DNA of 64,000 nt, taken from positions 1-64,000 of IMG/VR virus record IMGVR_UViG_3300012979_000032. The stretch is one strand, 5' to 3'. Positions within the stretch are counted from its first letter, which is position 1, and each line of letters starts with the position of its first letter. This DNA comes from a virus. Lineage: Duplodnaviria > Caudoviricetes. Below the pieces are notes generated by a model that saw only the letters and a list, made by a program, of their open reading frames with translations, ran no database searches and was not told the DNA's origin. Positions 1 to 9,600 of the stretch are shown one piece after another. A program made the position numbers and the translations under genes.

Positions 1-180
1 ACTATTATTATAGTAAGAATAATTATATCTAGTATAGTAACTATAATTAGTTCTTGTACCGCTAGTATTATAATATGAATAGTTATATCTAGTATAATAT
101 CCATAGTTAGTTCTTGTTCCACTAGTACTATAGTAAGAATAATTATATCTAGTATAATATCCATAATTAGTTCTATTTGC
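1..180 (-). repeat. 60-bp (20-aa) coding tandem repeat, consensus GTRTNYGYYTRYNYSYYNTS, >=3 copies
   Basis: Lines 1, 61 and 121 align at 60-nt period with mostly synonymous differences. Confidence 0.9.
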
Positions 181-2346
181 ATACCTAGTGTAATAAGAAT
201 AATATCCTCTTGTATATGGGCTATATCTAGCCGCATTCCAACGAGCTGCACGATAACTGTATCTATAATAACCAGTAACATAAGAGTGTCTAGTAGTACC
301 ATCATATCTTCTAGCACGATAGCTATAAGTGTAATAGCTAGAGACGTAAGAAGGATATGTAACTCCATCGTATCTTCTAGCACGATAACTATAAGTGTAA
401 TAACTAGAGACGTAAGAAGGATAGGTAGCTCCATCGTATCGAAGAGATCTATAACTATAAGTATAGTAACTAGAAACATAGGAAGGATAGGTTACTCCAT
501 CATATCTCAAAGATCTATAACTATAAGTGTAATAACTTGATACATAAGAAGGATAAGTTAATCCATCATATCTCAAAGACCTATAACTATAAGTGTAGTA
601 GCTAGAGACGTAAGATGGATAAGTTAATCCATCATATCTCAATTGACGATAACTATAAGTATAGTAACTAGAAATATATGAACCATAAGATGCTCCATCA
701 TATCTCCATGTTATATATGTATAAGTATAATAACTAGATACATAATAACCATAACTCGCTCCCTCATATCTTAACTAATTATAACTATAAGTATAATAAC
801 TAGAAATATATGATGGATATGAGAAATATTCAAACCTAACTTGGTTATAATTATAAACATAATAACTCGATACGTACGCAGGACGAGAATAATACTCAAA
901 ACGTAATTGATTATAACTATAAGTATAAGAACCTGCGATGTATCTCCAATCATATGCTAAACCATCATATCTTAATGCTCTATAGGTATATCCATAATAA
1001 CCTGAAATATAAGATCCAACTCTTGAACCTTCGCTGCGAGCAACTCGATAAGAATATGGAATATATCCTGCAATATATAGTTGGTAACCTTCATTAGTTC
1101 TACTATACGGACGCAAATAATAAAAATATGAGACAATAACTTGGTATGTATATGTTCGGTAATAAACGTATGCTGGAGAAGTATAATAAGTAGTATATCT
1201 TGAATAATCTAAATAATATTTATAATAATAATGTCCAGTATGATCTGCATAATATGATCCTAGATAATGAGCATAGGTAGATGCTCGATCAATATAATTA
1301 TAACTATATCGCGAAGCATACCAATATCCAGCCATAGTTTGCCCCATCCAATTATCCCAGACATACATATAATAATTCAAATAAGAAAATTTTGAAGCCG
1401 TATATGTATAATAATATGCATATCCCCAATGACGATTATAAAGATATGAAGGAATCCTTACATATACATAAGACTATGCATCTGAATTATACATACTCAT
1501 ATAATAAGCATATAACCAACGATATCCACTAATATATCTATAACTTCTATAGTGAGCATGCGGACCTGTTATATAATAGGCAGTATAACTATATTGATAA
1601 TATGTATAATAATTATATGCTTCTCGATCTCTTCGGTATCCCGTCTGCGGCGATGAAGGTATGTTTTCCTATCTATAAGCATAAGTCCTATAATAACTAG
1701 ATACATAATTATAATAGGAATATGTAGTTGAATATTGATATTTATATCCATAAAAATAACCGTTAGCGTATTGGTTACTTGGAGTATAGCGCGGCGCAGA
1801 AGCTGCAACTCTCGTATCAGTTGAACTTACTGCAACTTTGATATTACCAGCTTGTCGGTCTCCAACGGGCACAAGAGGAACTTGACCTGTTTTTGTACTT
1901 GATACATTGACTTTTAATTTTTGCTGACCTTCAACAGATTCATAAATAGGATGCTCTTTTACTGAAGTGCCATCAAAAATTTTTAATGTACCGATTTGAT
2001 TTCCACCACGAAATATAATGCTATACACAGCACTATAATCAACGCCACCAACTTTCGCACCAAGAGAGGAGGCAATAAATGGATCATATCGGACACAAAT
2101 TCGATAATAAATTTCTTTGGCATCAGTACCTAAATCTGTAAAAATGCCTTTTAAATCACCAGATTGAACAGAAGAAATTACTCTGCCCAAAGACTTCCAT
2201 GAAGAATCTGCCACATATTTATATTGGATTTCATAAGAAGTCTAATGGGAATTATAAATTGAATCTGTATTTTCCCAAGTGACTGGAATTGAAGATTGGG
2301 TGCGGTCAATCTGTCCTGTTCGTGGACTTAATATATTAATTGCCAT
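1..2346 (-). CDS. Tyr/Ser/Arg-rich tandem-repeat protein with FN3-like N-terminus (partial, >=782 aa, runs off left edge; code 15)
   Basis: ATG at 2346 after GAGAGGG RBS. Frame is open to position 1 except TAGs at 2242, 1669, 1474 and 775. Joins track ORFs 1669..2214 and 775..1380. N-terminus VTWENTDS..(Q)TSYEIQYKY..SSW resembles an FN3 strand pattern. The distal ~590 aa are about 30% Tyr. Confidence 0.85.
245..1000 (-). repeat. 66-bp (22-aa) coding tandem repeat, consensus YVSSYYTYSYRSLRYDGxTYPS, about 10-11 copies, degenerate at the ends
   Basis: Manual translation shows the repeating unit. The DNA copies differ mainly at wobble positions. Confidence 0.9.
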
Positions 2347-2380
2347 ATTTTACCCTCTCTTTCTCAACTTTCATAATTAT

Positions 2381-2409
2381 ATTGTAGCAAAAAATTTAAC
2401 AAAAGTCAA
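2381..2409 (-). promoter_or_regulatory. sigmaA/sigma70-type promoter TTGACT-17-TACAAT with extended -10 TG
   Basis: -35 at 2409-2404, 17-nt spacer, TGn, -10 at 2386-2381. It lies 35 nt upstream of the ATG at 2346. Confidence 0.75.
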
Positions 2410-3206
2410 GTTGAAATCCAAATATGACCAGCGATAGAAGAAGTATAAGTGGATGGTTTTACTTCAAGAATAATACTACCTGAAACCTGGCCACCTTGAA
2501 TATAATCACCAGTTAAAGTTTTACCGACAATATTATTCCATCTATAACTACTTGTACCCAAATTAAACTTATCTGTCGCTCCTGGGATAGCACCCGTAGA
2601 ATTAACTACTAAACCACTACTTCCAAGAGTAGCAGAACTGCCTGTACAAAATGCCAATGAACCATTTGCTGGAGCTAATAAATAATTATAGCCAGTGCTA
2701 GCAAATTTAATACTTGGAGTCCCCGTTGTATTAACCATTAGAGCATTTGTATTTAAATTTCCGCTTGTATCAACATAAACCGTATCATGAGAATAGGTCT
2801 AAGCAGTCGTTGCTTGGCTAGTAGCGCCCACTAAGAATATTTTACTACTTGTATTAGTGGATCCAGCACTCTTTTTAGCTAAAGCAAGTTCATCTGCTAA
2901 TCCATCGATATTACTGATAATATGATTATGGCTATCATCTTTTACCTGTAAATCAATATCTGAGATGTCTCTAGCGCCATCAAAGCTAAAACTGCCCTCA
3001 ACATCTCCCGAATCAAAAGAAATGGTAATGGACTTTTTCCATTTCGTTGCTTCATCTGCATATTTGTTAATTTTTAAACGAGATGTTGAGTCATAATCAA
3101 CGAAAAAGTCAGCAGCATCGTCTCCCGTTTTCTTTACATATGCCCAACCTTCAGTTTTTACCGCAGGAAGGTTGCCGGCACCTTTTAAAATTTTAAATAA
3201 AGCCAT
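2406..3206 (-). CDS. Tail fibre-like / minor tail protein (266 aa; code 15)
   Basis: Joins 2799..3221 and 2406..2738 across one TAG (GATSQATTA-Q-TYSHDTVYVD). C-terminal NLGTSSYRWNNI motif is typical of fibre proteins. Ends in TGA. Confidence 0.7.
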
Positions 3207-3247
3207 ATTATAAAACCTCACTTTCTAAGCTTTTGGTTTTCAATTAC

Positions 3248-3293
3248 CTATTATTAATAGGCTTTAAATCAATAAATTTTTTCTGATTTGGCC
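3248..3293 (-). promoter_or_regulatory. Putative phage late-promoter motif, copy 1 (GGCCAA...TATTAATAATAG)
   Basis: Same 46-bp architecture as four other intergenic copies. Confidence 0.6.
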
Positions 3294-3301
3294 TATATAA
3301 A

Positions 3302-3334
3302 CAAAAATAAGGGGAAGTGCTTGAGCACTTCCCC
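3302..3334 (-). terminator. Rho-independent terminator
   Basis: 10-bp perfect stem GGGGAAGTGC/GCACTTCCCC followed by TTATTTTT on the minus strand, just after the stop at 3341. Confidence 0.85.
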
Positions 3335-3340
3335 AAAAAT

Positions 3341-4027
3341 TTAAATATCAATCCAATAGATGTTCCAACGTTCATCTTGTGAAATTTCATTCATTTTCGC
3401 AATGAGCTATTCATAAGCCTATGGAATATTATTTCCCATAGTAGAGAAGCTAATAAAACCTTTTTTATCTAGTTCCTCTAAAGTTGAACCCATCATTTCA
3501 TCAACGGCTTTCACAAAAGCAGTCTCATTAAAATCATTACCCTCTAAAATTTTACTTTTCGCAGGTTGAGTGTTTAAAACATAAGAGAATTCAGAGTTAT
3601 TGTATGGCGAAATTTGGAAAAATTTTAAAGAATAAGTAATAATTCCTGCCTAGGCGGTTGCTAAGCCTTCAATCAGCCAAGGAACAATAATACGGTCTTC
3701 CCTAGATAAAGTTTCTTTATCAGTAAAAGGAACCGCGAACAAGCCGCTTTTCTGATTGCGACCATTTTTATCAGCACTGACAAACTCAACTACACAATTC
3801 ATAGTAGATAAATCTACATTATCGTGGAAACGGTCTAAAACAAAATAGACCGTTTCCGCTCTGTGGTCAGTTGCCACACTTAAAAATTCTGGAGCCGTAA
3901 TTGATCTGGTATGCAAATCTACACTAATCATTTGCTCAGAACTAGGTAACAATAGCGCCGTTGTTGGAGGATTCTGGTCTTGAATTTTCCACAGCAGTTT
4001 TGCATATTCAGCTGAATTTGTGACCAT
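3341..4027 (-). CDS. BppU-like baseplate/upper tail protein, short paralog (228 aa; code 15)
   Basis: Track ORF 3650..4027 extends through 3 TAGs to TAA at 3341. Motif VDLHTRSITAPEFLSVATDHRAETVYFVLDRF..VDL. Confidence 0.6.
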
Positions 4028-4047
4028 AATTCATTCCTCCTTTTTTA

Positions 4048-6315
4048 TTATTGATCGTTGCGGTTGAAAATCATGAATGGAGAGCACATTACTTCAACAT
4101 CTTCGTTATAGGTATTGGTGATGATACAGAAGTAAATACCGTTCTTTTCAGGAATAAACTCATTTGTAGTAGCACCAACCTGGAGCAAGTCAGCAGGCCA
4201 ATTAATGGATCCCTTTTCATCAGGCTCATAAACACCCTTCATAGCTTTTACAGCGTCTTCTCTATCAACAGAAAGATCCTTTCCTTCTTCTTGATTCCAG
4301 ACATACTGATACCATTCATAAGTAAACTTATCCATATATCTTTCATCAACGAGGTCAGGGGTAACCATTAAGCCCTTCAAAGAACCATCTTCAGCGTTAT
4401 ACTGAATAGCAGTCTGAAGATTTGGCTTAGCATCATCGGCAATGTTAAGATCAGTAACAGCAGCGATTTCGGTGCCGTAAGCATCCTGACCACTAATAGT
4501 TACAGAGAACTTAGAAGGCGGCATGGTGATACGATAAGGCTCAGAAATAACCTCTTCACTTGCGGAGTTATTCAAATGACCAACGATACCACACTTATAA
4601 TATCCTTCACGAGTAGCGATAATATCCTTAGTTGCGGCAAAGCCATCATCAGTCCATTCTTCAGCCTTTAATTCTTCAGCAGTAGACTTAACATTAGGAT
4701 TAAAATACCACTTGTAGCTAGCCCATTCCTGAGAGCCATCGAAAGGATAAAGAGGATCTTTCTTCTCATTATATTCTACGAAAGATGGAGGTAAGATATC
4801 TTCATCTAATTCAGTACCAAAATCATCCATACCAGCAGTTAAGGTAACTTTATAGAGATGATCTTCAGGGTCCTCTTGCAATTTCTTAGCAGGACTTTCA
4901 ACATGAACCTTCTTAGGCTTTACTGGAGGGAAGACCAAAATGAATTCGGACTTAACTTGCTTTTCATTAGCACCAGCATTAACTTGAGCTACAAACTGAT
5001 AAATACCAACAGAAGTAATTGTCGCAGTGAAGTCGATACGATAAACAGGAGCAGCATCATCTTGCATAGCAAGGATTTCGCTCAAAGAAAGTACCTCGTA
5101 GCCTTCAACTCCGCCTTCTGGAGCAGCAATTTTATTATAATAAATGATGCCAGGGATGCTTTCTACGCCGAGCTCCTCTGCCTTATCATTACGGGCGATG
5201 ATTTCTGCCTTAGCATCTGCAATAGCAATCTCTTCATACTGAGGCCAAGCAGTCTCTAACATGAAATTTTCATCATATGCTTTGCGCTCTTCATCAGTCA
5301 TTTGAGCATATTCGTCTTCACGAAGAACTTCACGGATAGCTCCATCTGCAAAATACTTATACTTAGACCAGAAAGAACCAAGAGTGAGACCGTCACCGTC
5401 AACATAAACACCAGCAGATACATTTACGCTGCCAGTTGGATTCTCTGGATCAGTAGAAATATATACAACAGTTGCTAAAGGTGCGCCTTCTGGACGAGTG
5501 ATACCATCGCCAGCATAATCTCCGATATCTTCGCCAATGTAGAAAATAACAGGAGTACCAGGAGTACCATGATTAGCATGCTCACTATTCTTAGCACGAG
5601 CCTTAATAACATCAATGCTGTCATCCTTCATAATATAATCCTTTTTATTCAGGATATCTTCCAATAGGATGTCAATGTCCATATTAACCTTGATGGTCTG
5701 GACTAAGGTGGATAAGCTGAAAGTAATACCGGAAGTGCCACTAGTATCTTCAGCTCTATAGAAACGAACAGCAAACTTAACGTTACCGTCCTTGGGGGTT
5801 ACTTTAGAGCTTACTGGCCAACCGAAAACGATCTTACCAGGGATAAGATCAACATCTTTGCCGTAAGGACGAGAATAACCTTTTTGTCCGTCTGCATTAA
5901 CCCATTCAATAATAATATCTTGTTCATTCAAGTCAGTAGCATCGTAGTATCTATCAACTTCAAAGAATACGATTTCAGCAACGTTATCGCCACGAACGCC
6001 AATACCATTTTTCTTAAAGGCTTCTGGGACAGTAATAGTTCTTGTATTAAGATCAATCTTAAAATTCTCTTCATCAAGAGGAAGTTTAGTAAACTTTAGC
6101 TCATTTTTATCTACATCGATAGCAGTTAAATGCTTCATGTAGCTAAAATACTCAGCCAAGTTTGTAATGGTAAATTCTGTCGGCTTTTCCTGATAACCTA
6201 AAGTAGTAAGCTGCTCATGAGTAAGAGAATCAAAATATTCTTTTAATCCCTTGACAGCTTCCTTATATAGGACAGTATAGTCATTGACATATTGACCCTT
6301 AACATAAGTAATCAT
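4048..6315 (-). CDS. BppU-like N-terminal domain protein with Ig-like C-terminal modules (755 aa, no TAG)
   Basis: Intact ORF. IDLNTRTITVPE..GVRGDNVAEIVFFEVDRYY..DL motif. C-terminal Y-x-WY...G-x-Y-x-C patterns are typical of Ig-like folds. Confidence 0.65.
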   Translation of the reverse strand: MITYVKGQYVNDYTVLYKEAVKGLKEYFDSLTHEQLTTLGYQEKPTEFTITNLAEYFSYMKHLTAIDVDKNELKFTKLPLDEENFKIDLNTRTITVPEAFKKNGIGVRGDNVAEIVFFEVDRYYDATDLNEQDIIIEWVNADGQKGYSRPYGKDVDLIPGKIVFGWPVSSKVTPKDGNVKFAVRFYRAEDTSGTSGITFSLSTLVQTIKVNMDIDILLEDILNKKDYIMKDDSIDVIKARAKNSEHANHGTPGTPVIFYIGEDIGDYAGDGITRPEGAPLATVVYISTDPENPTGSVNVSAGVYVDGDGLTLGSFWSKYKYFADGAIREVLREDEYAQMTDEERKAYDENFMLETAWPQYEEIAIADAKAEIIARNDKAEELGVESIPGIIYYNKIAAPEGGVEGYEVLSLSEILAMQDDAAPVYRIDFTATITSVGIYQFVAQVNAGANEKQVKSEFILVFPPVKPKKVHVESPAKKLQEDPEDHLYKVTLTAGMDDFGTELDEDILPPSFVEYNEKKDPLYPFDGSQEWASYKWYFNPNVKSTAEELKAEEWTDDGFAATKDIIATREGYYKCGIVGHLNNSASEEVISEPYRITMPPSKFSVTISGQDAYGTEIAAVTDLNIADDAKPNLQTAIQYNAEDGSLKGLMVTPDLVDERYMDKFTYEWYQYVWNQEEGKDLSVDREDAVKAMKGVYEPDEKGSINWPADLLQVGATTNEFIPEKNGIYFCIITNTYNEDVEVMCSPFMIFNRNDQ

Positions 6316-6344
6316 ATCTTAAACCCTTCCTTTTCTTTTAAATT

Positions 6345-6376
6345 TAGGAGAGAGAGAACCATTTCTCTCTCTCCTA
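6345..6376 (-). other. 14-bp perfect hairpin in the leader of gene 4048..6315
   Basis: TAGGAGAGAGAGAA-4 nt-TTCTCTCTCTCCTA. There is no U-tract on the minus strand. Confidence 0.7.
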
Positions 6377-6379
6377 GTT

Positions 6380-6425
6380 CTATTTATTATAGGTTTTTAA
6401 TTATGTAGAATAATTAAATTTGCCC
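6380..6425 (-). promoter_or_regulatory. Putative phage late-promoter motif, copy 2 (GGGCAA...TATAATAAATAG)
   Basis: 46-bp fixed spacing, with a perfect TATAAT at the -10-like position. Confidence 0.6.
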
Positions 6426-6623
6426 TTAAACTTCTTTCCACTCTGCCAACTCATCTTCAGGAATCATGACAGTGGAGCAAAAGTTTTTACCATCCTTGGT
6501 TAGACGTTTTCCAGCATCCGCTACAAGACGAAGCTTTCTAGTATAATAAACATCTTCAAGATGGACGGGACTTTCAATGATACCGTTAGTACCCAAATAG
6601 GTATAAAAAACAGTTTTAGTCAT
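6426..6623 (-). CDS. Small hypothetical protein (65 aa), possible fibre-associated chaperone
   Basis: GGAGG RBS and intact ORF directly downstream of the giant LRR-containing gene. Confidence 0.7.
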   Translation of the reverse strand: MTKTVFYTYLGTNGIIESPVHLEDVYYTRKLRLVADAGKRLTKDGKNFCSTVMIPEDELAEWKEV

Positions 6624-6635
6624 TTCAATTCCTCC

Positions 6636-9600
6636 TTAGCCTTGAGTAAGAATTCCATCGCAATTATAAGTGTAATCATTTGGAATTCTGGTAAGTGAAC
6701 GTAGGCGCTGTTTGATTTCTTCTTCCTGATTAGGATCATTATAATAGAAAATAATGCTAGTAAAACCACCAGTATTTTTATTATTTATGAATGCATTAGC
6801 AGACAAATCAATGATTCTAGTAGGATCTCCTTGGCCACCAAAGACTAGGCGACTAAAGGCAGGCTTAGCATAAGCGAAAGCAGCATCGCCGATATTAGTA
6901 ACTGTACCTGGAATAGCAATTTCTTCTAATCCACCGATCATGGAATTAAATGCATTCTGTCCAATTATCTGCAATCCTTTTGGCAGTTTTAAAGACTTAA
7001 GAGCTGTCTGATAGAAAGCATACAATTGAATACTGGTAACAGTTGCTGGGAACTCAAAATACTCGAGAGAAGTACATTTACCGAAAGCGCTACTATAGGC
7101 GTCAATACCAGTAATAACTTCTAACTATGCGCCACGCTCCCAGAAAACATGAGTAAGAGCAGACTGGCCGTAGAAATCACGAACCGCAAGAATTAATCTG
7201 CCTTTTGGATCTCTAGCTGGTAACGTAAGTTTTCCAGCAAAACTTACTCCAGGAGCAGGACCAATGCTTGCGCCTTCCCCGAAATCAGTGTAGCTGAACA
7301 AGCTATGGTTAGCTACATTATCATAAACACTTACTCGCTTATAGCAAGCATAGAATTTATAATTCTTAACTGCTCTTAATTGAGAGAAGTCAACTAATTT
7401 CGCTTCTTGGACATCATTAACAACACAAACGCTAGAGTCTTCTGTCCATCCTAAGAATCCATAAACCTCTTCTAACTCTAAGGAATCATCTGAATAAGAA
7501 GGAATTACCTTAGAATTTTCAAGGGTATAGCCATAAAGGATTGGGAAAACATCAACAAGATGTTCATCAGTATCTCCACCGCTATAGAATCTCATTTCAT
7601 AAGGATGCTTTTCGAAGAGAGCATAGAAAGTATAATCTGTACCCAACAAGGCTGGTTTAGCATTTTCCCAAGCCTCATCTTGCTCTTCAGCAGTTGCTTT
7701 AGCATTACTGATTAAATCTTTCGTCTCTAAAGAAGCACTCCAACCTAAGAAATCATAATTTGGTTTTTCAGGCTTATACTTTCTGTATGGGTTTTCAAAC
7801 CAACTATCTCCCGCGATTTTTTGAATACTTAGTTCTTCAGTTTCGCCATCGCTTACATAACTATAAGTTCCTAAGTAATTTCCATCATCGTCGAAATCAG
7901 GTAAAATGAATTTACCAGAAGTGGCTTTATTGACCTTAGCACAGAAAATATTGAGTTTCGGGAAATTCTTGATGATTTCATTCTTAATTGTTAATTCATC
8001 AATAGCATCAGCATTATTAACGTAAATCGTACCACTTAAATCAGGAACTGCGCTATTTTCACTAGGTCCAACTAGCAATGGCTCAGAAATAAACTCTAAG
8101 AGCATGTTAATGTCAGTAATAACATTATCATTCTTAGAATCATAAGCCTCATCAAGCACATAAATTTCACCATTAGCAACTTCCAAATCGAATGTTGCAA
8201 TATTATACTCATAATCTTCTAAGCCGTAATGTCCATTATCTTTCTTATAAGTGCGGCCAGGATCATACTTATCATCTTTAATTAACTGAATATATGGAGA
8301 CCATTTAACATCAGTTAATTTAATCTTGGTATAAGCAGAAGTATTTCTGAGACGGTTTTTATAATACTTTGTAACTAACTTATAGCTATCATAGCCAAAG
8401 TAGTCGCCAGTAATATTAAACTGCGCAATAGAAGTAACTTCTTCAGTGTCAGTGCCCTGAAGGTCAGTTAAACCTTTTACGAACAAGCCTGGCTCAGCAA
8501 TGATTTCACCATTGGCGCTTTCCTTTGTAGGAGTAGTATAAGAAGTTAGAATCTTATTAAGCAATCTTGCTTCAACCAATTCAAGTTTAGTTACTGTTGG
8601 AGGCAAATAGAGGGTATTAAGTGCTACGCCAGGAGCAAAAGTAACATCAGTTAAATTGGAACCAGTAGCACGGAAATTCTCTAACTTCTCACTAGCTGAG
8701 AGGTCTAGAGAAGTAGAACCATTATTCGCAGTATTAATAGTAATATTACAGAAGTTCATTTCTTTGAGAAGGGGCAATCCATTCGCAGAGAAAGAAGGTG
8801 GGTTCATTTTATTGTTATACCATCTAATAGTTTCACCATTTTCAGTTACAAGATTGTTTTCATTATCGGTCATGAGTGCATCGTGACCTAGTTTCAAACG
8901 AGTTAGCTTATTTGCGTCACCCTCAATTTTGAATTCAGTCCAATACATTTTACTTAAGTCGCCAAGATCTTTCATCTGGTCAATACCATAAACATACAAT
9001 AACTGTTCCTTGTAGTTATCACTAGTCTTGAAACCAGCTTCGATGGAATCAATATTAAATCTCAATGGAGTACCAGAGAATTTCTTAGATGGCCAGTTCT
9101 CATTATCTCCGCCGAAGGTGACATAAGAGTCATGAACTGGAGTTACAGTCATCCAGTATTCAGCGTCGAATTCATGAGTTTTAATAGTTTCAGCGCTATC
9201 AGCCCAATAAGAGCCATCTCTTGGATCGACCCAATGGTCAGAGATGTTACTATTGTTAGCCTGTACACGTCCCCAGAGACGTTGAGCGCCTCCACGAGCA
9301 AAATTACCTACATTCAACCAAGAGTCAATATAAGTAATACGATTAGACAAGAACTGACGACGAGACAAGGATCTGTCGCCTTGCAAAGCATACAAGTAGT
9401 CCGTACTTTCTTGCACAAACTAACCACTACCATTAATACGTCCAGTAGTACCATAAAGCTCAGAATCAGGAGAAACAGTTTCAGAACTACCTCTCTTATT
9501 ATAAATTGTTAAGAATTTATAATACTCATCTAAGTTCAAAGCAATCAATGGGCGCTGACCAGTCATAGCGTAGTTCTTAGCGCGAACATTTTTATTTACT

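Noticed and set aside
286-540. Plus-strand Ser/Ile-rich ORF, and other short plus-strand ORFs such as 4858..5259 and 16275..16763
   Set aside because: They are antisense to well-supported minus-strand genes, and their composition mirrors the real frame.
1-1000. Periodic DNA repeats as a CRISPR array or DGR template/variable pair
   Set aside because: Periods are multiples of 3 (60 and 66 bp), there are no unique spacers, variation is mostly synonymous rather than adenine-specific, and no cas or RT gene is in the window.
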